Assembly: GCA_951406725.2 (NCBI GenBank)
Contig: OX597824.1
Span: forward strand, 65,782,001-65,846,000
Direction: 5' to 3'
Length of the DNA: 64,000 bases
Origin: Octopus vulgaris
Lineage: Eukaryota
Shown piece by piece: positions 1 through 13,763 of this stretch; positions within the stretch are counted from its first letter, which is position 1; every line of letters begins with the position of its first letter. The translations under genes were made by a program, and so were the position numbers. Below the pieces are notes generated by a model. That model ran no database searches. It was not told where the DNA came from and saw only the letters and a program-made list of their open reading frames with translations.

Positions 1-739
1 TCCTCATAATCATGAATGCGAATAAAATTATTCCCATTAAGAAAAGAAATGAAGAACAAATGACTCAAGTCAGATTTGAGCATAGACACGTAGAAATCCG
101 AAAGCAGTCTAGCTTATTCTCCACTGTAAGCGAAAATAAGTGCTTGTTTTCGAGGTGGTAATGACAGTTCTGAAGAGAACAAGAGTGTAATCTTACTTAT
201 TACGTTCGTAACTAAAATGTCATTGACCTTCAGAACAAAACGAAAGCAAGAAACATTTAGCAAAATTGAGCTAAAGGTTAATAAATCTATGTTACGTCTG
301 TTCACATGACGCTAAAAATCCATCCAAAGTTACTAACTCAAGAGCTATAATACTACATTGAAATAGCTTTTAGTCATTACTATTTTTGTTTTGTTTTCAA
401 ATTTAAATCGTATTGTTGCTGTTTTATTACAATCAACAAATACTGTAATATCTACAGAAAAGTTATAGATTTCTCATTGAGAGCTATAAAAAACCAAATG
501 ATAACAGATGATTAAACGTCAATATTTTGGACCAAGATCTGCTGTTAAGATTTTTTTTGTAATGTGTTAATTTATTTCTCTTAGATTAGTTGTTTAATAC
601 ATTACGTCACTTTTATTTTGCACCTAAAGTTGATTACAGGTGTTTCGAGCAAGATTACCTAAAGGAAATATTAAAAACTTAATTTATAGATCTCTGCTTA
701 ACAAGAGAGTTAATTGTTGAGTTAAATTGAGCTCAGAAG

Positions 740-1154
740 CAAGAGGTAACAAGCGAGAAAGTATCGTCGAATATCCACTCCTGTGTTATTGAGAGTATTA
801 CCTCCACGAGAATCGATTTTGCACAAGGTTTCATATTTGGGGAGTGGTGCATTGTCGATCGAATTCCCTTTATATATTATTGATATTTTTTGTACTATCG
901 ATCAAAGATGGATGAAAAATAAAACCGACCGGTCCCGGCAACATGTGAACTCAGAATGTTTCCGAAACCCACCTGTGCTTTTAGACCAACGTTAAAGAAC
1001 AAACAAATTACCGACGGCATAGGTCGGCTAGATATGCGGGTCTTTTAAATATTTAGATACAATAAATAATACTACACCGGTTATTAACCGGATATGACAT
1101 CAGAATTCCTCGATTGTCATGAAATCGCTTCTGAAAGAAAGAATATAAGTGAGT
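740..1154. promoter_or_regulatory. CpG-enriched promoter-like region with a + strand donor (AA|GTGAGT at 1149)
   Basis: Many CpGs, a DRE-like TATCGAT (~896) and a consensus donor followed by T-rich, intron-like sequence. Confidence 0.35.
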
Positions 1155-3014
1155 AATACAAATATTTTTGTTTTGGTTTTTCTTTCTTGCCCCTGTTTCC
1201 TTATTTAATTATTTCATATACACTTTTATTCAGTTCAACTCCTCGAAATCACGACTTTGCTTTAAGAGTAAAACCATTTTTACATACGTTGACATTTAAA
1301 GCATTTTCTTGGTAAACAGTTTAAGCACACTCTTGTGTGTGTACACACACATATATATATACACACACACCCTTACATTTCCTTGTTTGTCAGCTTTCAA
1401 TAGGATATTTTTTGTTTATTCTGCGAACTTTAAAATGGTAATTATTAGAACCTAGAGCTGAACAAATAGAAAGGAACAGAACGAAACGTCATACAGTATT
1501 AAGGCTAGTTCCTGTACGATGTAGGGTCAAATCCCACAGGGTGGGGGTCGACTTGACTTTTCATTCCTTTAAAGATCGATACAAAAGCACCAGATATGTA
1601 TAATGATCGATCAATGGACTACTATTTTTCTACAAACTTGTGGCCTTATGCTAATATAATAAATCATTATTGTTATTTGTATTATTTAAGAAACAAAAAA
1701 CAGTTTTCTCCCTTGTTTATAATTGTATTTCGTTAATTTGATTACCAAAATACCATAAATATATTTTATAACTCTTTATTAGTTTGTAATAAAACTTGTC
1801 ATATCTGACAGTGTTTGGTCAAATTCATCTGTGACAAATGCTTAGTCATTTCTTACCAACCGAAAAAAATACCGCAGGATGAAGATAATATATGTTGTTG
1901 AAAATGGTTAGCTGATCTGAGAAAGATTTGGTTAGTATTTCTTGCCGGTCGACCAATCATATAGATGAGGGATGGTGAATCATTTTAATACCAGAAGCGA
2001 ATTGCTTGTGTATCAGTACTTTTGCCGGATGTATTTGTATTAAGAAAAATAATGAACTTTTAATTTTACAAATTTATGGATATCTAACTTATATAAAAAT
2101 TACTAATTTGGTACAGCTTAAATTTGTTCTTTTATAATAGTTTTGTTGAGAACTTCGTCAGCAGATAATTTCAGATTGGGATGCTAGCGAAGGATTTCCC
2201 ACTTTTGGCATAGAGGTCGACTCGCTTCAGGCATGTACTTTACGTTCATGTGCTTCCCCACCTCACACACATTCTCTCTCTCTGGTCACAATACATCATC
2301 ATCTATTTCTCTCTCTATTCCTTGTCCTACTTGGTTCGCCATGTATCTCCTTTATAGTAAGACAATTATCTCTGTCCCTCTATACTCTAACCTCTCGCTT
2401 GGCACACAGCCACTCCCCTTGGTTCTACTCCCTGTCTCATCTAAGAAGTCTTTGTCTTGTTAGGTAGTTTGGTGACCCCATGGGTGCTGGTTCCACGTAA
2501 AAAGCACCCAGTATACTCTGTAAAGTGGTTTGTGTAACTAAGGGCATCCAGCCATAGAAAGCATACCAAGACAGACTGTTGGAGCCTGGTGCAGCTCTCT
2601 GGATTGCCAGCATGGGAAACGGACGTTAGATGACGACAGTGTGTGTGTGTGTATATAATTTGGGTGATATATCTGCTTATCTTCTCTTTCAATAAAATTT
2701 ATCTTGATTCTTTTGCTGCTAAATCTCATGGAAATAAAGTTCTCTTAACCTAATGTATATTGTTTTAATAATCTACTTGTAAGCTTAATGTTTCCTGAAA
2801 AGCTTGGTTCATGATCTATTGGTGATCAGTTGTTGAAAATATGTTTCTGAACTAAGCTTGGTTGATTGAAGTTTAAGATATTAGTCATGTAATTTGTGAA
2901 CACTTTGCCGAGTAGTTTATACAAGTCAGGTAATAGGCTGATTGATTTGTCGCTTTCAAGATCTTTAATGTCACCTTAGATAAAAGTATGATGATGGCAT
3001 TATTTCAGCAGCTG

Positions 3015-3232
3015 AAGGTGGTGAGCTGGCAGAATTGTTAGTATGCTGAGTGAAATGCTTAGCGGTATTTCATCTGCCACTATGTTCTGAGTTCAAATTC
3101 CGTTGAAGTCAACTTTGCCTTTCATCCTTTTAGGGTTGATAAATTAAGTACCAGTGAGTCTCTGGGGTTGATGTAATCGACTAGTCCACCCCGCTAAAAT
3201 TTCAAGCCTTGTGCCTATGGTAGAAAGGATTA
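3015..3232 (+). mobile_element. SINE family 2 (aaggtggtgagctggcagaa... head)
   Basis: Closely similar copies at 30551-30770(+), 52330-52497(-) and 24205-24327(-), plus many decayed ones. Confidence 0.8.
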
Positions 3233-4689
3233 TTTCAGCTGCTGGCTATGTACAAACTCAAGAGACTTCCTTCTTTGAAGAACCCAATAAGTATTTTATC
3301 TTCATCTAGTGTCATATCTTTCCTAATTTTGTCACTTAATATATCTGATACTACAACTACATCATCAGTATTTATGAACTTTTAAATTTGTATAAGGCCA
3401 AGCATTTGAAAAGTGGAGTGTAGTCAATTGAACTGATCCTTGTTGATAGAATTCTTCTAATCTATGAATGATTTCTTCATTTATAACTTGATCATTACTT
3501 AACTTCAAAGTAATAGTTTGTGATTTTCATAAAGCAATAGTTCCTTTATCTTTTTTGAAGATCTTATTTCTCTAAATTGCCTACTTAATTTTGTGCAGAT
3601 AAAAAATTTTGTATTCCATCTTTCCCTAATGGTTTTACAAGTTGCCCCATATTTCCACCTTCTGGGCACTGCTTTTTATTTGTCATTTCTCTCTTCATTT
3701 ACTCTAATGTTTCCTGGGATGGTTTTTCTTTAGTTTGTTTCTTTCAGTTATTATTGGTACGTAATTTATTACTCTAGAAGAATTAAAGGCCAAGTCAAGA
3801 ACAATAACGTTTAAAATTGGAACCATGAAGGATAAAACTAAATAGTGCAATGCATTTTGCATATTATTCTACTGTCTAAGTCATCTACACTGTTCTAACA
3901 CAGGTACAAAAACACACATTTCAGAGGGGTTAATTCATTATATGGATAAGGATTCTTGATTGGTACTTATTTTATCTACTCCAGGAGGATGACTTCAAAT
4001 GAGATTGTAAACTTAATTAATATTTATTGTAACTTTGGAACAAGGCCATATACTTTGGGGAGAGTATAATTAGATGATTGACCCCCAGTATTTTACTAGC
4101 ACTTATTTTATCAGTTACAAAGTGATTAAAGACAAATTTAACTTAATGACACTTGAACTCTTAAAATAGAGAGATGTAACTAAATGTTTCATAGATATTT
4201 TGTTTTTGGTTCTCTGCCAATCATTTACTCTTAAAATGATAATAATAATAATAACAGAGATTTCTTACATTTGTATAAGGCCAAGCATTTGAAAGGTGGA
4301 GTGTAGTCAGTTGAACTGATCCTTGTACATATATTTCCCAGTAGAATAAAAGACTAAGTCAACAACAATGAAATTTGAATTTGGACATAGAGGAGCAATG
4401 CTTAATGCTGTAGTTCATTTATGTCAAGTGACCAGTGATGACTGTTATTCTAATGTTTTTTAAATTGTTCAAAGGTCACAAATTTTTAGAGAGCTGTAGT
4501 GAAATGAATCAGGCTGGGAACTTGCATTGTGCCTGTTTTATCAACTGTTTTTGTAATTTAAGCCAACAAGGCAGCCTCTATTTGGCTGCTAATCTGTTGG
4601 AAATAGCAGTCTAATCTATCTCATATCACACCTTAATGTTTTAGAAATGTAGGAGGCATTGGATATCTAAGTAAAAGTAAGTCCTGAAT

Positions 4690-5045
4690 TGCCTGGGTTG
4701 GAAAAAAGGGATTCAGTGCTGAGAGACTCACCTTATTGGACAGCATTCCTGAGCATGGCTTGTATGGTTCTCACAAACCATTCATCTACTCCTAGCTTTC
4801 TCAGACCACCAAATCATAGAGTGTGGGACCCTGTTGAAGGCTTTCTCCAGGTCAGCAAAAGCCAAGTACAATGGCTTGCTTTTAGGTAGATATTTCTGCA
4901 GTTGTCTTACTTGAAAGGGGGCGTCAGAAGTATTTTTTCCTAGCACAGAACTAAACTGTATCTCATCTTAATTATTTTCCTAATTAATTGGGCTATAATT
5001 CTTTCCATAACTTTCATGACTTGGTCTAGTAACTTGATACCTCAG
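4690..5045 (-). mobile_element. Decayed RTE-clade LINE reverse transcriptase fragment
   Basis: Minus strand reads KPLYLAFADLEKAFNRVPHSMIWWSLRK, with stops and frameshifts. Confidence 0.75.
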
Positions 5046-5174
5046 GAATTTTATGTATTGGTACCTCTGGGAGCTACTATATGATGATGATCTCTTGTCA
5101 TAGCAAAATCTGTAATAGAATTGGAAAAGAAATTCCAGGTGTGGAATTTGGAATCAGAGTTTTAAAGTTAGCTT

Positions 5175-6075
5175 TGCAAAGACCAGCCTTCTAGTAAAAA
5201 GGAAAACAGACAGGACTCTATGCCCTTCAGGTAAATGGTCTGCTCAGAATCACGGGAAGACTAATAAGACACTAAGGATACATGGGAAATAGATTCTCTG
5301 AAATGCCCTGGAGATGGCCCTGTTCAGTATGTAGGAAAGGTGTGGGCAGGAATTTCATTTGGTGCACCAAATACACACACAAGAGGTGCATTGGAATAAT
5401 AGGACGGTTAACAGAGAATGTAGTGTTTCCATGTAGAAAGTGCACAAGAGCTATAAAGTCTACTGACACACAGGAAAATGATTTTACTTAAATGCCTCAG
5501 TGGCTCTCTTGAGATAGTGGATAATTTCTGCTATCTAGGCAACCTGATTATCAGTGGAGGAGGATGTACTGAATGTGTAATTGCTAGAATAAGAATAGAA
5601 TGGAGTAAGTTCAAAGAGCTTTTACCTCTGTTGGCAACCAAAGATCATTCTTTCTGATTGAAGGGAAGGTTGTATGATGCATGTGTATGAACAGCAGTGC
5701 TACATGATTGTGAGACATGGGCCCTGAATGCAGTTGAAATATGAATACTAGAGAGGAATGAAGTTAGTATGCTCTGCTGCATGTACAATTCCAGTGTACA
5801 TGTACAACAGAGTGCTAGTGTGTTGAGAGAAAAGCTAGGTATAAAGGAAATTAAATGCAGTGTATAAGAGAGGGGGTTGCATGAGTTTAGTCATGTGATG
5901 TGTATGGATGAGGACATTTGCATAAAGAAGTGCTGATCACTTAAAGTGGATGGAACTTGTGGAAGAGGCAAACCCAAGAAGACATGAAAGATGATCTTGA
6001 GATGCTGAGCCTTTTCAGGGAAGTGATAAAGGATCAAGATATCGTGCAGCATGCTGTACTCAAGAAGACCCACCC
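5175..6075 (+). mobile_element. Decayed RTE-clade LINE 3' region with Cys-rich finger
   Basis: WPCSVCRKGVGRN..HKRC..FPCRKC, then FCYLG, ARIRIEWSKFKELLPLL and KGRLYDACV*TAVLHDCETW. Many stops. Confidence 0.8.
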
Positions 6076-6704
6076 ACCAAAGCAGAATCGATATCCTAAA
6101 ACCATCTTGGTAATGCTCTCTGCCCCATCAACCTTTTTCCCCCTTGCATTTCATCTCTCTGACACCAATCACTTCTCAATCACCTAAAACTAGAACAGGC
6201 ATGTAGTACATGCTTTGGCTTTCTCAGTTACTTTTCTTTTTCACCTCAAACCACTTCCGTTTCCTATTATCTTCTGCCTGCTGTCTCCATTAATCATCTC
6301 CTTTCTCAGCCTTCTATCCCTGTGCTGTTCTCCATCGTTAATACCTTGCCTATCTGCTATCAACCTCAATGCCCTCACATACCTACTGCAACTCCTGCCC
6401 TCGAGCCTCTCCTAGGTTTCTCTCCATCATGTGCTACAGTGACTTCTATCCTGCTCACTCACTCTATGCAAATCTCTGTATCACTTCACCTATTTTCACC
6501 ATCCCCAATGTCATTCAGGGGCATATCTTTGCACATTTTCACCATCATCTCTCTCCTTATCCTATCTTTCCTCTCCTTTCTTTTCCAACTGGGGTATCCA
6601 TATATCTACAGTAAGATACTTATTTCTGTCCTTCAGATACATATTTCTGTCAATCCATCCAACCCATGCCACCATGGAAAACGGATGTTAAATGATGATG
6701 ATGA

Positions 6705-7250
6705 TGGCCTAGGTGATCTAATTAGCAATAGCAGAGGAATGTTCTGAAAGTATAGATGCTAGAATAAGAACAGGATGGGGTAAGTTCAGAGCTATTATCT
6801 CTGTTGGCAACAAAAGGTTACTGACTCTAAGTGAAAGGTAGATTGTATGATGGTTATGTATGAACAGCAATGCTACATGATGGTGAGATGTGGGTCTTGA
6901 ATGTAGAGGGCTTGCAAAAATTAGGAAGGAATGAAGCTAGTGTGCCCTATTGGATGTGCAATATTTGAGTGCATGTGTAAATGTATTGAGAGGAACATTA
7001 GGCAGACGGTGTATCACATATAGTGTGCAAGCAAGAAGACTTAGTTTTGTCATGTGATGTGTATAGATAACAACAGCTGTATAAAAAAGCACTGGATGTT
7101 TAAATTGGATGCAACTTATGGGAGAAGGGGACCCAGAAAGATATGACAAAACAGTGAAGGCTGATCTCAAGATGCTAAGTCTCATGGGGATGACAGAGGA
7201 CCAAGATATTTGACAGTTTGCTCTGCTTGAGAAAACCCATCCAACACAGC
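6705..7250 (+). mobile_element. Second decayed RTE LINE 3' fragment
   Basis: Collinear similarity to 5540-6075 (gctagaataagaa..., gaaaacccatccaac). Confidence 0.7.
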
Positions 7251-8155
7251 AAATATGATGTTCTAAAAACATTTTGTCTATGTCTGAACAGGCTGGACCC
7301 TATTTCTCTCAGTCAAGCATTCTCACACTGTATCTTCCTTGATACATATTACATCCCCCAATTCCTTATATTCCCTGTTTCTGCCTTCCTCTCTGCTTCC
7401 AATCATCTTTCTTATTATTATCTCTTCCCACATTATTTTCACTGACTACCTTGTTTCTTACTTCCATTTATCCCCCCCTCTCTTCTGGCATGCATCATCT
7501 TCAAACCTCTTATATCTGCTATCATTCTCAGTGCTCTCTCATATCTACTACCATGTCCACTCACTATAGCCACCCTTATGTACCTTTACATCTCTCTCTT
7601 CCCACTGCTCCTACTTACTTAGCCACTTCTGCCTCTCTTTACAGCTCCATATTGATAGGTCTCATCAAGATGCACCTCCACTCCCGTTCATCACTCATTA
7701 CATTCACCTCTACCCTCATCTCTAACCATCTGTTACCCTCCTCTTACACCCTAATAATCTGCACCTTTCATTCCTCTTTCCTGATCCACTGTCTGTATCC
7801 TCTCTTGTTTCTTCAGAGTTAATTGTGACACACTCACTATCATCTTATCTTCTTCTCCACCTGTATATAATGTGGAGTAGCTGTGTATCTTCTTTATTTC
7901 AAGACATATATGCTTGTCCCTTTATCATACTTCAACCTCCTAAAATACATGGCATAAAGCCACTCTCCCCCTCTTAAATGCTTCCCCCACTTAGTTGAGG
8001 GGGACTTTTTTCTTTTCTTGATCTTTTCCTGTTTTGCAAGTTACCTGCTAATCTTACTAGTACCAGTGGCATGAAAAAACACCCAGTACAAATGTAAAGT
8101 GGTCAATGTTAGGAAGGGTATCCAGTCATAGAAACCATACCAAAGCTGACATATA

Positions 8156-8560
8156 TCTTTATATATATAAAACTGAGAATGTGTGTCTGTCTGTGTGTTT
8201 CCCTAAAACTTGAGAACTACACAACCAATTTCATTCAAATTTTACACATGCCTTACTTAGGGTCCGGGGAGTGTCATTGGCAAAAAAGTTTTTAACTTTT
8301 TGCCTAGGGCGAGCCCACAGCAATATCATATCTTCTCCACTACGATTCCCTAAAACTTGAGAACTACACAACCAATTCCATTCAAATTTTACACATGCCT
8401 TACTTAGGGTTCATGTAGTTTCATGGGCAAAAAAATGTTCAACTTCTTGCCTAGAGCGAGCCCATAGCAATATCATATCTTCTTCACTATTTTAGTATTA
8501 CGTGTTAAAAGTGAAACAAAAATGTTTCTCTATTTTATGTCAGATACTTTCACTTTAACA
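8156..8560 (+). mobile_element. Helitron/Helentron-like non-autonomous element with a 147-bp internal tandem duplication
   Basis: Begins TC(T)TATATATATAAAA followed by a (GTCT)/(GT) microsatellite. The unit ccctaaaacttgagaactacac... starts at 8201 and at 8348. Confidence 0.5.
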
Positions 8561-8873
8561 ATAAAAATAATAATAACAATTGAATTATTATATGTAGTAA
8601 GTAATAATTGTTCAAAAATCTCTTTTCAAAGTGAGTGATAGAGAGAAAGGTAGGGGTGTGAATCACTGTGATAAGTGTACAACAGGGATACATGATAGGG
8701 AGATGAGCGATAGTAGTACTCAGTATTCTGAGATGTATATTCAAGACGATATGGCTAAGAAGATAGGGCAATGATAGAAGACACTATGATCCAGGAAACA
8801 GAATGATATCAGAACCAAGATGTACGGGAGAAAAGGAGCTCTTGTATGATGACAAACAAAGAAGCCCGTCGTA

Positions 8874-8906
<33 letters not shown>

Positions 8907-9179
8907 GCGTGTGATGTTTACATTCCTTGTGGGCATTAAGACATGCTGCTCTCTTAGCGGTTCGGCAAAAGAGACCGGTAGAATAAGTACTAAGCTTACA
9001 AAAGATTAAAGTCCCGGGGTCGAGTTGCGATGTAATCGTCTCGCTCCCTCCCCTAAAATTTCAGGCCTTGTACCTACAGTTGATAGAATTGACAGGTTGC
9101 TCTGTACTTTTGAAGACCATGCGTGGCACCTTGGGCAAGTGTCTTCTACCATAGCCTCGGAGCAGCATACCTCAACTAA

Positions 9180-9670
9180 CATCGGTAGTTGGTTCGAATA
9201 TATGCGACTTAATTCGAAAACGACATGACTTGAAAAATCATTCAAAAAAAATTTAGTAGTTCATACGTTTCAATAAATGGTTTGTACGTATATATTCACG
9301 TGTAATTTTCTACTTCCGTATTAGTTTTTCTTCTTGAATTTTTATGCGCTTACTGAGACCAGTGTAAAGTCGGATAAATCGAAGGGGTAAGTCGAAAAAG
9401 ACGTAACTCAAAATGACGTGAGTTGAAGCAATTCTTTAATTTAAGCGCACTGTAGGTTATCTCCACTTGGCTCTACCCCCACCCCTTATTATAAAACTTC
9501 CCGGACTTTGTTTCAAGCTTTTTTTTGTTTGTTTTCGAGGTTGGATTTTAATAATCACAACCATCTTACCATTACAGTTTTGATATCATTATGGTATTTG
9601 GATCGTTTTAAAACTTACACACACATTTATACTATCCTATTGACCTTCATCTATTATCCTATTGACAAAC
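9180..9670 (+). promoter_or_regulatory. Probable presenilin promoter and 5' UTR
   Basis: Local CpG enrichment against a CpG-poor background, an ETS-like ACTTCCG (~9312) and a CRE-like TGACGT (~9414). Ends at the ATG/donor at 9671-9676. Confidence 0.45.
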
Positions 9671-9675
9671 ATGAG
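9671..9675 (+). CDS. PSEN: Presenilin putative coding exon 1 (ATG AG, 5 coding nt)
   Basis: caaacATGAG|gtaaga has A at -3 and a strong donor. Splicing to the acceptor at 20787 gives ATG AGT TTG CCC (MSLPKPT...), in frame with the rest of the CDS. It lies just after a CpG-containing, promoter-like stretch. Confidence 0.65.
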
Positions 9676-12508
9676 GTAAGACCAGAAAGTTTTCTCCATA
9701 AACGTTCAACTGGGAGGAAGTTTGTTTTCGTTTGTTTGTTTAAGTTTTTGTCATTTTGTCACGACTTTTATTTTTATGGGTTTTATATTTTAAAAGTTGA
9801 CAGTCAGTAATGAATTTATGTATTCGGTGGTCGTTGTTTAGTAAACTTCTGATCCAGCTGTGACAAACCTGTCTTTTCGTTAATCGTGGACTATAATGTC
9901 TAATATATTCCGCTTTATTTAAGACGATTGGGTGTGATTTTGGAGAGATATGGCTACGTTTTCTAGCAGGTTGAGCAATCTAATTGCAGAAGTAATTTGT
10001 GGCAGATTTGGCTGCTATTTCTAGCAGATTTGGATGACCGTGTTAGCTCGTTAAGCCTTTAAAACTTTTCAAGAATAATTTACTCAGCAAGTTTCGGATG
10101 AGGACGGCCACATCAGTCGGATTTTCTCCGTTTTGACGGGGATTTTCCCATTTTTTCCAGCATGGCCTTGAAAATGAAGGTTATCTTTTTATTAAAAGAT
10201 TTTGGAAAATTTATGATTTTTTTTTTGGCCACGTTTTTGGCACTACGGACTTAAAACCATGGGCAGCCTTCATTAAAAGTATTAGCTATGCCATTGATTC
10301 TTTGGCGGGGGGTTTGGAGTAACTGTCTCCCGAAGACTCGTACCCAATGGTGAAGGAAAAGGATATTCCCCCACCCGTATATTTTAGTATTTCAGTAATG
10401 GTTCTGAAATAAAATTTATTCTAAAAATTTCCAATTTAAAAAATATTTTTTACCCTCACTTCGGCATGAGCTTCGATGGACATCATTTCAAAACTTTTGG
10501 GTCGATATAATCAACTATATCCCATCTGCCACACACACACAAAACCAGCCTTGTTAATAGAAATCAGTGTTGTATCCTCGATTCTTATAAAAACAAAATA
10601 AGGAAAAAGTCTTTGTGCTTTGTCGAAAATAATTACCGCTTAAAGCTCACTGTAAAGTCAATGTAGCTAATAACATCCGTTCTCGTATAATTGCTGTCTA
10701 ATTTGTTTCTTTGTGAAGTCTACTTTGTTGTTAACTTGACTGCCTCCTAAATATCTAATGTATCCCCATTGTTTTATTTATCCTTGATCGATATCATGCA
10801 CTATATTATCCACTGTGTCTTTCTTTTTGTTAAGATGCTAGGGTTGAATTTGAGGAAGATTTGGTTGCTATTTCTAGCTGCTCAAACTAGTGCGTAGAGG
10901 GTAAAAAACTTGTGCCGAGTAGCAGTAGTAGTTTAGTCATGTGAATGTTTTGTTTTATTGGTATTCTAAAGTTTGCTGCTAGTAGCGAAAGAATGCCGTT
11001 TTATTTTCTCTTTGGATCCACTTTTGATATACTGGATGGTTTCCGTGTTGAAGCTTCTAGGAGCTTGTTCACAGGTCCTTTTCCACTAGTACAATTAATT
11101 TATCATGTGTGGTACAACACTTCGATATAGCTTCTTGTTCAAATTCAAATAGTAAAATGAATCACTTCTGTTTATTTGTTGTATCCTCCTTTTGCCGTCT
11201 TTCTTTTCCATACTATTTTTTTTTTTACTATTTAGTTTTCATTCCGTTTAATTTCTCATTTCTATTTTCTTTATTTTCAATCCTTTCTCTTTTTGTTGTT
11301 TTTCTTTTATTTCTCCCTCACCTCTTCTTCATTAAGTCCCTTACAAAATAGATACATTCATGAAAATATCGAATAAGGTATAAATTATTTTAATATCTAT
11401 ATATAAAAAAAAAACAACCTGTTTCCAGTATTCACTATTATAAAACCGCAAACTACATTTAAATTCATACATAAATATGATGTATTTTTTTTTAATGAGC
11501 ATTCAGTGGAAACATTCCACTGACACTTGTTAACATAATTCGCATGCAGAATCTTTTCTGCTTGACTGCCACTTTTCAATTTTTTAAATTTCTGTTCCAA
11601 TTGATTTCATATGTGGCATATTGGTGTAGTTTTGTAAGGTAATCATTGACATGAAATTAATTTTTTACGCCATAAATCAATATATAAAGAGTTGATTACT
11701 TTTAAAATTTGCAAAGTTTGGGTAATTCTAGCCAATCGAAAGTCACAGACATGTAAGGGCATGTTTCCATAGTAATAAACCAAACTGTTATCAAGTTGCT
11801 TACTTACACGGTCATTTTTCGCTTATTAAATGACTGTCGTGAGATGTGCTAAAAGTAATAACTAAATAGGCCTTAAATCACGCACCAAAATATTTTTGGG
11901 AGGTGGGGGCGGTTTGCATAATTGTATGAATTCTCATGTGTAGAATACAAATTCACAAAAATTATCAGAACATTCCAATGAATTAAAAAGTTATGAGGTG
12001 TTATATGACGTGCATAAAGTAGAATTCTGCCAATATTTCATTTGCTTATAGTTGACAACACGAGCTGTCATGCGCAAAACAACAGCTTCCTAACACTTTT
12101 TTTCTGACCGGGTAAAAATGATCAAACTTTAAACCTCTAACTTTTTTCAAAATACTTTCTGGAAAAAATGAATTAGTCTCTGAGATTCAGCATGGAAAAT
12201 TACATCAATACACCAAATTTTAAAATTTCCATTGGTGCAGCCAAACACCAAAGATCAGCATTATTCTGTATGTGGCTAGGCCAGATCTTTGGAGTACAAT
12301 TACTATGCAACAAGGAAACGTCTACATAGTTTCTGTTTAACCAATTTATTTAGAAGGCATAGGTTTACTTGAAGTTTGTAGCAAGCTTTTTTTCTAATAT
12401 AAGTATGTTTATATGCATACAAACACAAGCACATTTTTACATACATATGTATGAAACATACATAAGAATATTTACATAATATCATCCTCGTCGTTAAATT
12501 TTTGTTAT

Positions 12509-12915
12509 AGGCGCAGGAGTGGCTGTGTGGTAAGTAGCTTGCTTACCAACCACATGGTTCTGGGTTCAGTCCTACTGCGTGGTACCTTGGGCAAGTGTCT
12601 TCTGCTATAGCCTTGGGCCGACCAAAGCCTTGTGAGTGGATTTGGTAGACGGAAACTGAAAAGAAGCCTGTCGTTTATATGTATATGTATATATATATGC
12701 ATGTGTGTATTTGTGTGTCTGTGTTTGTCCCCCTAGCATTGCTTGACAACCGATGCTGGTGTGTTTATGTCCCCGTTACTTAGCAGTTCGGCAAAAGAGA
12801 CCGATAGAATAAGTACTGGGCTTACAAAAGAATAAGTCCCGGGGTTGAGTTGCTCGATTAAAGGCGGTGCTCCAGCATGGCCACAGTCAAATGACTGAAA
12901 CAAGTAAAAGAGTAA
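12509..12915 (+). mobile_element. Near-complete tRNA-derived SINE (family 1)
   Basis: A-box-like TGGCTGTGTGG and B-box-like GGTTCAGTCC. Related copies at ~18985-19285(-), 22625-22865(-), 33770-33935(-), 37440, 39190-39700, 52040-52230(-), 57180 and 61770. Confidence 0.85.
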
Positions 12916-13763
12916 AGAGAATATAATAAATTGATAAATAAAATAAAACATAAGTCGTGTCTCGCCTTGACCTTCGAAACGTGGAGTAGATGAAACAAAG
13001 GCGACTGAAGAAGGGGAATTTTCCTTTTATTGTATATCCTGTACTCTATTTTTTCGTTGTTTAAGAAAAATGTCCATTTCCTTAGTTTTGTGTTTATGTT
13101 TTCGTTTCTCATTGTGTTCGACGTTTTTTTGGTGTCCTGTATCCATATATGCATGTATATATACATGTAGAGGTAGGTACGTACATATATGTATGTATAT
13201 ATGCATATGTTTTATTTTATTTATTAATTTATTATATGACGGAATGCACGCATCCATTTCTAAGTAAGATTGTTCTTAATATATATATACATACACACAC
13301 ACACACACACGCAATTCTCTTTTTGTACAATTTTGAAATAACACTGTCCAACAAAAAGAGCTGATTAATTTTTTGCACTATTTTTTTTACTTTAACACGA
13401 TTTAAACCTCTGTCCTTGCGTGAAACTCTACATAACATGATTAAGCAACAATTTAGTGAAGTAAAATAGAATCCAATCTATTTTTTCCCATATTGTGATC
13501 CCTCACTCTCTGGTGTGGGCAGGACCTATGCACTGTACATACCTCTGGATGTGTGTAATGGCTCCATCAGATGGCATGCAGTGGCAGTTGTTAGCATTGG
13601 GTCTAATACGAAAGACATGTCACAAGTTTTATTCTCCGCTATATTTTTTATTTGCGATCGTGATAGTGATAACCTACTCCAAAATGCCGGCTGATACATC
13701 TAAGAAAAATAAGAGCATCAATTTCTTTGGAGACCAGGATCAATATTTTGGATCGTCTTCCTA

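Noticed and set aside
3386-4326. 58-bp near-identical direct repeat (3386 and 4270)
   Set aside because: It is the end of an abundant SINE family, with no evidence that it bounds an element.
6215-7822. Cluster of hydrophobic L/S/F-rich ORFs
   Set aside because: They derive from CT-rich repeat-associated sequence next to RTE fragments and are not membrane proteins.
10081-10122. Minus-strand CTGATGT...CCGAAAC hammerhead-like motif
   Set aside because: The core A9 is missing and there is no stem I complementarity.
12970-13030. Permuted hammerhead-like motif (ccttcGAAAC...GTA...CTGAAGAagggg)
   Set aside because: No stem I can be formed between GTA and CTGA, and the stem II closing pair mismatches.
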